DNA from: Candidatus Shapirobacteria bacterium
GTDB taxonomy: Bacteria; Patescibacteriota; Microgenomatia; UBA12405
Length of the DNA stretch: 64,000 bases
Assembly (NCBI GenBank): GCA_030698565.1
Contig: JAUYJS010000003.1
Span: 76,187 to 140,186 of the forward strand
Reading direction: 5' to 3'
Shown piece after piece: positions 27,278 to 36,495 of this stretch. Positions within the stretch are counted from its first letter, which is position 1. The number at the start of each line of letters is the position of its first letter. A model generated the notes under the pieces. That model did no database searches. It had not been told where the DNA came from and was given only the letters and a program-made list of their open reading frames with translations. The position numbers and the translations under genes were made by a program.

Positions 27278-28189
27278 ATGTCCGCACCCGGAACAACACC
27301 GACCCGTACCCGCAGGTCTCTTAATTGGCTCACGCGTCACTGGTTCCCAATCCTGATGGTGATGATCGCGCTGGCGGTGCTAGTAGTTTGGCTATTCGTA
27401 TGGCATCCATGGAAGACCACCACTGCCCCGGCACCCGTTGTACCTGCAACTTCCACTACTGCTGTCACTGTTCCAGGAATCGATACTCTGACTGAAGCGG
27501 TCAAGGGAAACACGAAGGCGACGTCCGAAAACACCACTGCGACAATCGACAACACGGCAGCTACAAAGGAGAACACAACGACCTTGAAAAGCAACACCGA
27601 CAAGGTGATTGCTACTGCACCAGCTGCACCTGCACCGGCTCCTGCGCCTACCGTCGTTTACGTCCCGATCCATGTGTCTGCTCCTACTCCTGTTGTTACC
27701 GAATGGGTTACTGAACATGAACTGGACCTGACCCCAAACAAGGGCCATAGAATGTATCAGGTTAGATACAATAATGGAAGAAGAACCGAAGAAATTCGGT
27801 ACTTCACTCCCGAGAGATATATTACTCTCGAGGGAGACATTACTACTCCAACTTCTACCGTCGTCTATGTCCCGACCCCTGCACCTGCTCCGGCTCCCAC
27901 TGGCAACGACTGCCAAGAGTGGACAAAGAACACTAATGGCTCAATGAGTTGGGTCGGCCCAACTGACGGTACGATGAGTATTTGTCAGACGGGGACATGG
28001 CTCGACTGGATTCGCGCCGGGCACACGGCTGTTTTCAGCGTCTCCGTTCCGGGGACACTGGAAATCACCACCGGTTCTTATTCCACCCAAGTCACCGGGA
28101 ATGTGATCACCTACACGGTGATCAACAGTTCCGGCCCTAGTGGCGGCTTCCGCTGGACCCCTCAACAAGGGTACGGCTGGAGACGCTAA
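27278..28189 (+). CDS. GC-rich membrane-anchored Thr/Pro/Ala-rich protein with an internal repeat (hypothetical)
   Basis: SD aaaggagg 7 nt upstream. N-terminal TM anchor (WFPILMVMIALAVLVVWLFVW). The internal repeat APAPAPAPTVVYVP appears twice. Composition is far more GC-rich than the surrounding low-GC genome. The start at 27278 is preferred over the track's 27194. Confidence 0.55.
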   Translation: MSAPGTTPTRTRRSLNWLTRHWFPILMVMIALAVLVVWLFVWHPWKTTTAPAPVVPATSTTAVTVPGIDTLTEAVKGNTKATSENTTATIDNTAATKENTTTLKSNTDKVIATAPAAPAPAPAPTVVYVPIHVSAPTPVVTEWVTEHELDLTPNKGHRMYQVRYNNGRRTEEIRYFTPERYITLEGDITTPTSTVVYVPTPAPAPAPTGNDCQEWTKNTNGSMSWVGPTDGTMSICQTGTWLDWIRAGHTAVFSVSVPGTLEITTGSYSTQVTGNVITYTVINSSGPSGGFRWTPQQGYGWRR

Positions 28190-28277
28190 AAGTCTAAAAG
28201 TCTTACGATTTCAAAAAGGTGGCAGGGTCCTGCAAGCTCTTCGGATTTATCCGAATCTTGTAGTTTCCTGTCCCCTG

Positions 28278-28328
28278 TTCCATTATCGATGTGTGTCGAT
28301 ACTGATGAGTCCAAAAGGACGAATGGAA
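28278..28328 (+). ncRNA. Hammerhead-ribozyme-like motif (type III topology) with a U15.1:A16.1 variant helix III. Ends 6 nt before the GT2 start codon.
   Basis: uucca-U-UAUCGA-ugugug-UCGAUA-CUGAUGA-GUCC-aaaa-GGAC-GAA-uggaa. Helix I, the CUGAUGA core, the GUCC/GGAC helix II and GAA are the same as the canonical copy at 59460-59520. Helix III is fully compensated but carries the noncanonical 15.1/16.1 pair. Confidence 0.45.
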
Positions 28329-28333
28329 ATTTT

Positions 28334-29254
28334 ATGAAAAAAAATAAACAATCTTTAATATCCGTAATTATGCCGGTCTTTAACGCCGACAAATATTTAA
28401 AAGATGCTATAGACAGCATTTTAAATCAAACCTACTCTAATTTTGAATTTATTATTATTGACGATTCTTCAACTGATAATTCTTGGTCCATCATCAAAAA
28501 CTACCAAAAAATAGACAAACGAATTGTTGCCCGAAAAAATAGAAAAAATTCAGGTGTAGCTACAACTTTAAATAAAGCCTTAAAACTTTGCCACGGTGAA
28601 TATGTTGCTCGAATGGACGCCGATGATATTTCTTTGCCAAAACGTTTCCAAATTCAGCTGCACTACTTAAAAAAACACCCCGAAATTGTCGGTGTTGGCA
28701 CCCAAGTAAATATTATTAATAATTCCAACAAAATTACCGGTAAACGCTATTTTCCTACCACCACCAAAGATTGTTACCAATTTTTAATGATCACATCTCC
28801 TATTCAACATCCCACACTAATGGTCCGCACTCAAACCATAAAAAAATATCAATATTCAGCCAACTACAAAACAGCCGAAGATTGGGATCTTTACTTTAAA
28901 TTAGTTCAAAATAATCAATTAAATAATATCAATAAAACTCTTTATAATTATCGACAAAACTTTGGTAGCAACGGCTACAAAAACATCAAAAAAGCATTTA
29001 TTTTAATATTCAAAATTAGATTAAATGCCATTTTAAAACTAAACTATCATCCTTCAATAAAAGGACTTATTATTACTTTTCTCCAAGCCATTCTGGTTTT
29101 TTCCCTACCAGAAAAATTGGTTTTTAATCTATTCACTCTCTGGCGAGTCAGACAACTTTATTTTTTCGAAAATATTCAACTCCCACAATTATTACCAAAC
29201 AATTTAAAAGCCAACCAGCCCAAACTATTTGATTTGGCCAATAATCAGCCTTAA
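28334..29254 (+). CDS. Family 2 glycosyltransferase
   Basis: ISVIMPVFNADKYL...NFEFIIIDDSSTDNS (GT2 DxD region). The start at 28334 (MKKNKQ) is preferred. Its 3' end overlaps the convergent gene by about 107 nt. Confidence 0.7.
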   Translation: MKKNKQSLISVIMPVFNADKYLKDAIDSILNQTYSNFEFIIIDDSSTDNSWSIIKNYQKIDKRIVARKNRKNSGVATTLNKALKLCHGEYVARMDADDISLPKRFQIQLHYLKKHPEIVGVGTQVNIINNSNKITGKRYFPTTTKDCYQFLMITSPIQHPTLMVRTQTIKKYQYSANYKTAEDWDLYFKLVQNNQLNNINKTLYNYRQNFGSNGYKNIKKAFILIFKIRLNAILKLNYHPSIKGLIITFLQAILVFSLPEKLVFNLFTLWRVRQLYFFENIQLPQLLPNNLKANQPKLFDLANNQP

Positions 29255-32200
29255 GTTTCTCATCGTCACTTTTTATCACAAAAGCTTGCTCCCAACCATT
29301 TATCATTGCTGGTTGTAACTGTTCTCTTTTATCCGAAACTGACCAATGACTATGTTTTGCTTTGTTTATCCCAACCACCTTAGGTATCCTTGAAATTTCG
29401 GGAACCAAACTTATACCACCCCAAGCCAATGGTATTGGTTGAGTTACTAAATTAGAAATTTTGTTTACACTTTTATCTCTCCCTACCGCCCAAACTGCGG
29501 CTTCAAAAATGTAATTTTTCCAGTCTATGGGCAATATAAAAGTTTCTAGAATTTGATTGTTTTGTAAATATCCCATTCGCTCAGTCCACAATTTATTTTC
29601 CGCTTTTGTATCTCTAAAATTTAAATCCACCGGAATTCCTTCCAAATTTTCTACTTCCGCTGCCACCAACATCATATTGTTACTTAATTGGGGTGAACTT
29701 TGGCTCAGATAAAAACCAGAGACTCCTCTTTGGTTTTCTATTTTTAATCCATCTTTATCAATCAAAATATTATTCTCTAAACCCATATATTCGGGAATAA
29801 CTCCATAATCCTTTCTCAACTCAAAACTATTGTCTCTACTTTTTAAAATTGGTATTTCCACTTCAAGTAGATCCCCATTTTTAATCTCAATCGGGTCAAA
29901 GTTGAAATTAATATTGTTCTGCCAGTCATTTTCCAGATTACTAATTTTTTCCCAAACAATTGAATCCTGAATCTCCACACCCTCTGGCAAGAAAATTTTT
30001 ACCGTATCTGGACCCCTTAGAAAGATATAATCGCTACTGATCGAATCATCTTCCACAAAATATACCGAAATATTTTGATTCAAGCATTCTCTGGTCCGAT
30101 CAGATTTGATGCATACCTTTTTCCATAAATCTTTAGAACCGTTAGATAATTTTAATTTTATAATCAAATCACTTTCTACTTTTACCAGATTACTAGATAA
30201 ACTTATCTTTTTGTAAGTTTTTTTCCAGAAAGACAAAGTCTCATTTTCTGTAATATCACTATTCCCTAAAAAATTGATCTCCAGAATATTTTTAAAATCC
30301 CAAATATCTTTACTCAAAGAAATTAAGTCTGTTTGCTTTGGTAGATCAAAATTGATTCCACCGATCTGATTGTTTATTATCTCCTTCTTGTTTACCAAAA
30401 TTTTAGGAATAGCCGATCTTACTTCCACTTTTCCATTATCATAATTTAAATTAACTGGAAACTGTTCGGAATTATCTAAAGAAGGCTTGTAAGTTATGTC
30501 TTCACCTTTATAAATATGAGTCAAAACTATTTTCCCTTCTTTAAACCCTAATTTATCGGGTTTCAAAAATAATGGAAAAATTTTCCCATAATTGCCATCA
30601 ATGGACCACCATTCAGTGTTGTTTTTACTAAAAATTTTCCATCTGGTTAAATTATTCCAGTCATGATTCGTATAAATCAAATCATTGCCAAAATCTTCTT
30701 CATCATTAACTTTATATAAGCTCAAAAAATCTTTCTGCCAAACTTTGGTTAAATCCGGATTTGATTCTATTACTTTATTAAAAGTATTCCAATCATATCT
30801 ATAACCATTCTTTTTATCAGTTACACTTTTGTCCGCTATCACCCATTTAACCTTATAATTTTTTAGTGATCTAAAAAATAAATTTGGGTCTTCGCTGTAA
30901 TAAGTATTTACTAAAACATCAAAAGCTATTTCATTCTCTTGCGAACCAGTTGTCAATGATTTTTCAATAATTGGATTAGGAATTAGATAACTCCAAAGAA
31001 CCGAGCCAAAAAATCCCCAGTTATGATTTCTAAAATATAAATTATTCGCCTCCGGAGCCAAATAGATTCTGCCATTCTTGTCTGTTTCGTATAAATAATC
31101 TTTTAATTCAAAATAAGGCTTGGGTATTTTCACCAAATCACTCTTATTTATCAAATCCCCTTTAAAAATAGGCCAAACAAAAAATAATTGGCAGCCGATT
31201 ATTCCTATCAAAATTATTCTTCTCCAAACTTTATGATAATTTTTACTTAATTCAACTAAAAATAAAGAGGCTAAAATCGGAATAATAATTGATAATAACG
31301 GCCAAAATTTAGAACTTCCCCACCGAAATACTTGTCTAAATAAAGGAATATTATTTTCAAAAAACTGATATATAAATCCAAGTGGAGAATTGTCTCTTTT
31401 AATCAAAAAAATACCAAAAAAAAGTAGGAGCACTAACGGCCAAATTCTTTTCCATTGGCCAGTTTTTAAAATTTTTATTAAATATAAAAACGTTAAAAGA
31501 ATTGGTAAAAAAGCTAAATAACTAAAAAACGACCCGTTTTGATATATTGGTGAATATTTAAATAAGTATTCTCCATCATCATTTTTTATATCCAGCCATG
31601 AAGTATAAAATCTCAAAACGTTTCCCAGGTTGTTGTATTTAAGCTCACTTCCAATCGTCTCTGGAGTAATAATCCGGTTGATATAAGAACTTGTTAAAGC
31701 CGACGCATTTGATTTGACATAAAATCCAAACGGAACTAACCAATAAAGCTGAAAAATAATAAAAATACCAAAGACTAAAATTAATCTTCTAAGATTAATC
31801 CCTAAAAGATAAAACCAAAAATAAAAAGTCACTATTATTATCAAAACAACCAAAAATATGGTTGGGACTATTGCCGACGAACTAATTAATAAAATTGAAA
31901 GTAAAAAAAATAAAAAAGTTTTTAGATTCCATTCATTAAAAAAGTTCCAGCTCTGCCACAAAAAAAATGGTAGAAAACCCCAAACAAAAATAAAAGGTTT
32001 CAATGGCGAAAAAAACAACCACAAGGTCAATATATTGGTAAAGTAAAAAACCCCAGTTAATAGAAATAAAGATTGTCCCTGAAAATCATCTAACTTCTTC
32101 TTAAAAATAGAGAGACTTAAACTAGCAATCGACCAAGATCCCAAAAAAAACACCAAAGAAACGCTTAATTGAGATATTAACCACAACGGTACCCCTAAAC

Positions 32201-32471
32201 TATTTAAAAACAAATCTACTCCCGACCTAAAAATATCCACTTGTTCCGAATCAGACGGTACACCTAGCCCCCGGTAATCTCTCCAAGCTGGTGACACCAA
32301 AAGTCTTTTTACTGATACTAGTGGCGCTTCCTCGGGAGAATAGTTATCATTTCCCAATACAAAATATCCCCAATGAAAATTTATTATTATTACCACCACC
32401 AACAATCCCAGCAATAAAAATTTTCCCCAAGATTTAATCAAGCGATCCTTCACACTTGTATTATAAAGCAA
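29148..32471 (-). CDS. Large polytopic membrane protein (1107 aa) with an N-terminal multi-TM glycosyltransferase-like domain (GT-C/AftD-like) and a large extracytoplasmic C-terminal region
   Basis: About 12 TM segments in the first roughly 450 aa, then a long soluble domain. The family assignment is tentative. Confidence 0.45.
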   Translation of the reverse strand: MLYNTSVKDRLIKSWGKFLLLGLLVVVIIINFHWGYFVLGNDNYSPEEAPLVSVKRLLVSPAWRDYRGLGVPSDSEQVDIFRSGVDLFLNSLGVPLWLISQLSVSLVFFLGSWSIASLSLSIFKKKLDDFQGQSLFLLTGVFYFTNILTLWLFFSPLKPFIFVWGFLPFFLWQSWNFFNEWNLKTFLFFLLSILLISSSAIVPTIFLVVLIIIVTFYFWFYLLGINLRRLILVFGIFIIFQLYWLVPFGFYVKSNASALTSSYINRIITPETIGSELKYNNLGNVLRFYTSWLDIKNDDGEYLFKYSPIYQNGSFFSYLAFLPILLTFLYLIKILKTGQWKRIWPLVLLLFFGIFLIKRDNSPLGFIYQFFENNIPLFRQVFRWGSSKFWPLLSIIIPILASLFLVELSKNYHKVWRRIILIGIIGCQLFFVWPIFKGDLINKSDLVKIPKPYFELKDYLYETDKNGRIYLAPEANNLYFRNHNWGFFGSVLWSYLIPNPIIEKSLTTGSQENEIAFDVLVNTYYSEDPNLFFRSLKNYKVKWVIADKSVTDKKNGYRYDWNTFNKVIESNPDLTKVWQKDFLSLYKVNDEEDFGNDLIYTNHDWNNLTRWKIFSKNNTEWWSIDGNYGKIFPLFLKPDKLGFKEGKIVLTHIYKGEDITYKPSLDNSEQFPVNLNYDNGKVEVRSAIPKILVNKKEIINNQIGGINFDLPKQTDLISLSKDIWDFKNILEINFLGNSDITENETLSFWKKTYKKISLSSNLVKVESDLIIKLKLSNGSKDLWKKVCIKSDRTRECLNQNISVYFVEDDSISSDYIFLRGPDTVKIFLPEGVEIQDSIVWEKISNLENDWQNNINFNFDPIEIKNGDLLEVEIPILKSRDNSFELRKDYGVIPEYMGLENNILIDKDGLKIENQRGVSGFYLSQSSPQLSNNMMLVAAEVENLEGIPVDLNFRDTKAENKLWTERMGYLQNNQILETFILPIDWKNYIFEAAVWAVGRDKSVNKISNLVTQPIPLAWGGISLVPEISRIPKVVGINKAKHSHWSVSDKREQLQPAMINGWEQAFVIKSDDEKLKADYWPNQIVWAGWLLNCLVIIVGVEYFRKNKVV

Positions 32472-32500
32472 CCCACGTCTTACAGCCAGGGTATTTAAGG

Positions 32501-33748
32501 CTAACTAAATTCCCTCATCCAATTTTTTACCTCAATATCAATTTCTGCCAAATTTCCTTCCAAATTAGCTTCATTTTTATTTACTTCACAACATACTCGG
32601 TCGATTAAATCAGCCACTTTTATAAAATCTTTTTCTCTGAATCCTCGAGTCGTCATGGCCGGAGTACCGATTCTAATTCCCGACGGTCTCATTGGTGATC
32701 CTTCATCATGAGGCACCATATTGGAATTCACAAAAATATTGGCCTTTTCCAAAGCCACTGCCACCTCTTTACCTCTTTCTTTACCTACATCAATTAGCAT
32801 TAGATGATTTTCTGTTCCAAAAACTTTATATCCTTTCTCCTTTAAAGAATCAGCCAAAGTTTTAGCATTTTTTACTATTTGATGTGCATAATCATTAAAT
32901 TCTTCACTATCGGCCTCATTAAAAGCCACCGCCAACGCTCCAATCGTATTTTCGTGCGGCCCGCCTTGCATTCCTGGAAACACAGCTCTGTCGATCCGCT
33001 TTTCCAAATCCAGTATTCCGAAGCTTTTAGCGAAGGATATCCCTTTTTTAGTCACACCAATAATCGCTCCCCGTGGACCTCGCAAACTTTTGTGGGTAGT
33101 ACTGGTAACAATATGAACATAGGGCACTGGACTCGGATGAGCCCCGCCAATTACCAATCCCACAATATGGGAAATATCGGCAATTAACCAAGCGCCAACA
33201 CTATCGGCAATTTCTCCAAACTTTTTAAAATCTAAAATATATGGATATGCAGTTGTCCCAGCAAAAATAATTTTTGGTCTAGTTTCTTTTACTAATTCAC
33301 CCAACTTTTCATAATCAATTCGACCGTCTGGTTCGACATCATACTGCACACTTCTGAAAAATTTTCCCGAAAAAGTAATTTTTGGATGACCATGAGTCAA
33401 ATGACCACCAGCTGACAATTTCAAACCACAAATAGTATCACCCACTTCCGCCAAAGCCATCAATACTTCACTATTCGCCGGGCTACCAGAATATGGTTGA
33501 ACATTTAAATGTTCAACTCCCAAAAGTTTTTTACCTCTTTCAATGGCTAAACTCTCGATTTCATCAACAAAACCATTACCCTGATAATATCTTTTCCCGG
33601 GGTAACCTTCGGCATATTTATTGGTCAATACACTCCCCAAAACCTTCATTACTTCTTCAGAGGCAAAATTCTCACTCGGTATCAAGTGAATCCCCTCTTT
33701 TTGCCGACCTGCTTCTTTTTTTATTAATTCAAATATTTTTTTATCCAT
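32501..33748 (-). CDS. glyA: Serine hydroxymethyltransferase
   Basis: PLP site VTSTTHKSLRGPRGAII and the typical SHMT N-terminus. Confidence 0.9.
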   Translation of the reverse strand: MDKKIFELIKKEAGRQKEGIHLIPSENFASEEVMKVLGSVLTNKYAEGYPGKRYYQGNGFVDEIESLAIERGKKLLGVEHLNVQPYSGSPANSEVLMALAEVGDTICGLKLSAGGHLTHGHPKITFSGKFFRSVQYDVEPDGRIDYEKLGELVKETRPKIIFAGTTAYPYILDFKKFGEIADSVGAWLIADISHIVGLVIGGAHPSPVPYVHIVTSTTHKSLRGPRGAIIGVTKKGISFAKSFGILDLEKRIDRAVFPGMQGGPHENTIGALAVAFNEADSEEFNDYAHQIVKNAKTLADSLKEKGYKVFGTENHLMLIDVGKERGKEVAVALEKANIFVNSNMVPHDEGSPMRPSGIRIGTPAMTTRGFREKDFIKVADLIDRVCCEVNKNEANLEGNLAEIDIEVKNWMREFS

Positions 33749-33754
33749 TTTAAT

Positions 33755-34483
33755 TTATTTTAACAAACCTCTTTTTTCTATCTCTTTCAAGATTTTTTGA
33801 TGAATTTCTTCCGGAGCCATTAACTGACCATTTTCACAACAATCAATCAAAACCCAACTTTCCGGATTCTGTTCCGCCATCTTTTTATATTCTTTAGCCG
33901 ATTCCATTTGATGATTAAAATCCTCTTCCGCCGCATCCATCACCTGACCACTAGTATATTTTCTTTCTGCTTTTTTCTTGACATTTTCCCGACAAATTGG
34001 CGGATCAACCAACAAAACTATTACCAAATCCGGCGGGATAATTTTCATTTCATCATAACCAGTACTCCACAGCCACTCAGCATACTTTTCCCTTTCCCTT
34101 TCTGGCATTTTAGCAATTTGATGAATATTCGAAGTAAAATACCGATTGCAAATAACCATTTTCCCCAAATCCAAAGCCGGTTTTATAATATCTTTACTCC
34201 CCTCCGCCTCGTCCAAAATATAAGGCAAAACAGTTAAATACGGACTCACTTGCATCGGATCACCAAATTCTTTAGCCAACATTCTGCCTACATGCCTTCC
34301 CCAAAAACTAGTTTCGTAATGAGGATAATCATCAGTGACCACTTCCAAACCATTTTTTCTCAATCCCTCAACTAACAATTCAGTTTGTGTCCCTTTTCCC
34401 GACCCATCAATTCCTTCAATTACAATAAATTTTCCTTGTTGGTTACTCTTATACATTCTTGATTCTTTATAGTCTAGCTTCAA
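33755..34483 (-). CDS. tmk: Thymidylate kinase
   Basis: P-loop FIVIEGIDGSGKGTQ. The true start may be the internal Met (MYKSNQQGKF) at 34456. Confidence 0.8.
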   Translation of the reverse strand: MKLDYKESRMYKSNQQGKFIVIEGIDGSGKGTQTELLVEGLRKNGLEVVTDDYPHYETSFWGRHVGRMLAKEFGDPMQVSPYLTVLPYILDEAEGSKDIIKPALDLGKMVICNRYFTSNIHQIAKMPEREREKYAEWLWSTGYDEMKIIPPDLVIVLLVDPPICRENVKKKAERKYTSGQVMDAAEEDFNHQMESAKEYKKMAEQNPESWVLIDCCENGQLMAPEEIHQKILKEIEKRGLLK

Positions 34484-34595
34484 GCTAAATTCAAATTAGC
34501 TTATCAAGCTAAAAATAAAAAATTAGCCATTAATTAGGCTTTTATTTACAACAAGCATTTGTCTTTGTTCATCCTATTTTGATATACTGAATTTA

Positions 34596-35153
34596 GTGAA
34601 ATTAAAGCCCCATCATCATAAATATAAAAATTTAATTTTATTAGCACTTGGTATTATTGTCGCCCTAATTTTATTTAAAAATTCTGCCTTCCATAATTTT
34701 CTTTTAAGCCTTGGTAACTACGGTTATATCAGCGCTTTTATCGCCGGTGCGCTGTATGCTTCCACTTTTACAGTACCTATTGGTGCTATTATTCTTATTA
34801 CTCTAGCCAAAACCCTATCCCCAATTGAACTAATTATTATCGCACTTTTTGGTTCTGTAATTTTTGATGTCACGGTTTTTAAATTAGTCAAACACAAAAT
34901 TTCGGATGAAATTTCCCACATATACAATAATCCAAAATTTGATCATCACTTTAAAAAAATATTACATACCAAATACTTTGCCTGGACTTTACCCTTAATT
35001 GGTATTTTTATGATCATTTCCCCGCTTCCCGACGAATTGGCCATCGGCTTAATGGGTCTAGCCAAAATTCATGGTCTGGAATTTCTATTAATCTCCGCCG
35101 TTTCTCACGCCATTGGTCTTTCTCTCATCATCTCCGCCTCAAATTTGATTTAG
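34596..35153 (+). CDS. Small polytopic membrane protein, paralog A of the 37042..37608 gene
   Basis: 185 aa with 4-5 TM segments. Clearly homologous to the 188-aa product at 37042..37608 (shared KYKNL, GAFIAG, STFTV, LSPIE, SPLPDEL blocks). Confidence 0.5.
   Translation: MKLKPHHHKYKNLILLALGIIVALILFKNSAFHNFLLSLGNYGYISAFIAGALYASTFTVPIGAIILITLAKTLSPIELIIIALFGSVIFDVTVFKLVKHKISDEISHIYNNPKFDHHFKKILHTKYFAWTLPLIGIFMIISPLPDELAIGLMGLAKIHGLEFLLISAVSHAIGLSLIISASNLI
35122..35146 (+). repeat. Direct repeat DR1 (ctctcatcatctccgcctcaaattt): the 3' end of paralog A
   Basis: An identical 25-mer recurs at 36496-36520. The flanks are also similar (Gatttag vs Tatttaa). Confidence 0.7.
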
Positions 35154-35163
35154 ACCATGTTTT

Positions 35164-35898
35164 TTAGGTCAGTTTGGCAATTTCATTATTCAAAAACATT
35201 ATAGTTTCTTCTTTTAAGGTTTTTCTAATTTTACTAAAAGTTTCAGTTGGCAAAAGAGTATTTAAGTCCTGATCAATTAATGTTTGATTAATTTTTTGTT
35301 TGATAAAATCACAAAGATAAATAAGGTATTCTTTAGTTTGTGTTCCTGTTCTTTCAATTATTACTTGTTCATTATATTTTAAATTTTTTAAGAAAAAATA
35401 ATGAATATCGTAGATATCTCGACCAGCAATTGATTTTTTACGGTCATAGCGATCTTTAACAGCCACCAGTTTATTTGCAAAGATACTTTCTTGGCTTTGA
35501 CAATTAACTGTCCGATTAATTTCCGGCAAAAACACCGGTACATAAACATTTGACTTTACAATAAAATTAAGGGCATCAATTTTTAAAGTGTTTCTTTCAT
35601 TTAGTAAATTAGAATATTTAAGAAAAAATTCTAGGGCTTTTTGACTTTCTTGTTGTAAATTAAATCCAAGTTTGTCAAAAATTTTATGAAATTCAAGTCT
35701 TAACTCTTTTTCGTCTACTCCAGTTTTAAGGTCAAAATCAAGATCAACAGAAAATCTATTAAGGATTCCCATCATTGAAGCGCAAGTGCCACCTTTGAAA
35801 AATAAAGAATTAGACAAAAGAGGGTTGTCTACGATTTCAGTTAAGGTTCTAAGTAAATAAGCTTTGTGAATAGCGTCTGCTGGTTTAACTATAATCAT
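35164..35898 (-). CDS. AbiEii/AbiGii-family nucleotidyltransferase toxin (type IV TA/abortive infection)
   Basis: FFKGGTCASMMG motif and the overall AbiEii family pattern. Its start overlaps the upstream partner by 4 nt. Confidence 0.65.
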   Translation of the reverse strand: MIIVKPADAIHKAYLLRTLTEIVDNPLLSNSLFFKGGTCASMMGILNRFSVDLDFDLKTGVDEKELRLEFHKIFDKLGFNLQQESQKALEFFLKYSNLLNERNTLKIDALNFIVKSNVYVPVFLPEINRTVNCQSQESIFANKLVAVKDRYDRKKSIAGRDIYDIHYFFLKNLKYNEQVIIERTGTQTKEYLIYLCDFIKQKINQTLIDQDLNTLLPTETFSKIRKTLKEETIMFLNNEIAKLT

Positions 35899-36437
35899 AG
35901 ATAGTTGATTTCTTTTTGATAACTTTTAACTAAATCCCAATCAATGATACTATCAGCATCAAAATGATAACTTGGTTGAAAATATAACATGTCGGCAATT
36001 GCCCGCTCAATAGTGGCAATAAAAACACCTTTATCATTTTGAATAATTCCGACACTATTGTTAAGACATTGAGGTTTTAATTGTCTTACTAAATAGGAGA
36101 CTTCATTAATATTAAAATTAGCAGGAGAACTAGAAACAAAAGTGATTTTAGTGGGAGATTGATTGATTATCCCATTTTTAGACAAAATCGATTCTGTACT
36201 TAGATAACTAAATTGATTTATGGCTCTAAAGCCAATTTCTATCGGATCCAATTGATCTAGAGGAACGATGCTGTAAAAACCTTTCTGGATACTAATCAAA
36301 ACCTTTTTTTTAATAAACCTGGCAATAGTTTTATAAAGTGTATTTTGATTTGAAATATTCCAAAGAACTTTCAGGTCTGAGGTATGAAATAACCTTTGTG
36401 CTTGTTGGATTAAAATACCAATTTTATCTTTAGTCAT
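35895..36437 (-). CDS. AbiEi-family antitoxin/transcriptional regulator (partner of AbiEii)
   Basis: 180 aa immediately upstream of and translationally coupled to the AbiEii-like gene. N-terminal wHTH-like region. Confidence 0.55.
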   Translation of the reverse strand: MTKDKIGILIQQAQRLFHTSDLKVLWNISNQNTLYKTIARFIKKKVLISIQKGFYSIVPLDQLDPIEIGFRAINQFSYLSTESILSKNGIINQSPTKITFVSSSPANFNINEVSYLVRQLKPQCLNNSVGIIQNDKGVFIATIERAIADMLYFQPSYHFDADSIIDWDLVKSYQKEINYL

Positions 36438-36495
36438 AGTTATATTATCTAGTACTAATATGTACAGGATAACACAACCATTGTGCTTGTCAAGC

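Noticed and set aside
27337-28168. Three antisense track ORFs (27337..27603, 27392..27916, 27941..28168) inside the GC-rich gene.
   Set aside because: These are typical shadow ORFs caused by high GC, with Arg/Ser/Gly-rich nonsense translations. The sense-strand gene has an SD, a TM anchor and a repeat structure.
27278-28189. Possibility that the GC-rich repeat protein is a diversity-generating retroelement target.
   Set aside because: No template or variable repeat pair, no adenine-biased mismatch pattern, no Asn/Tyr-rich CLec-type C-terminus and no reverse transcriptase were visible in the window.
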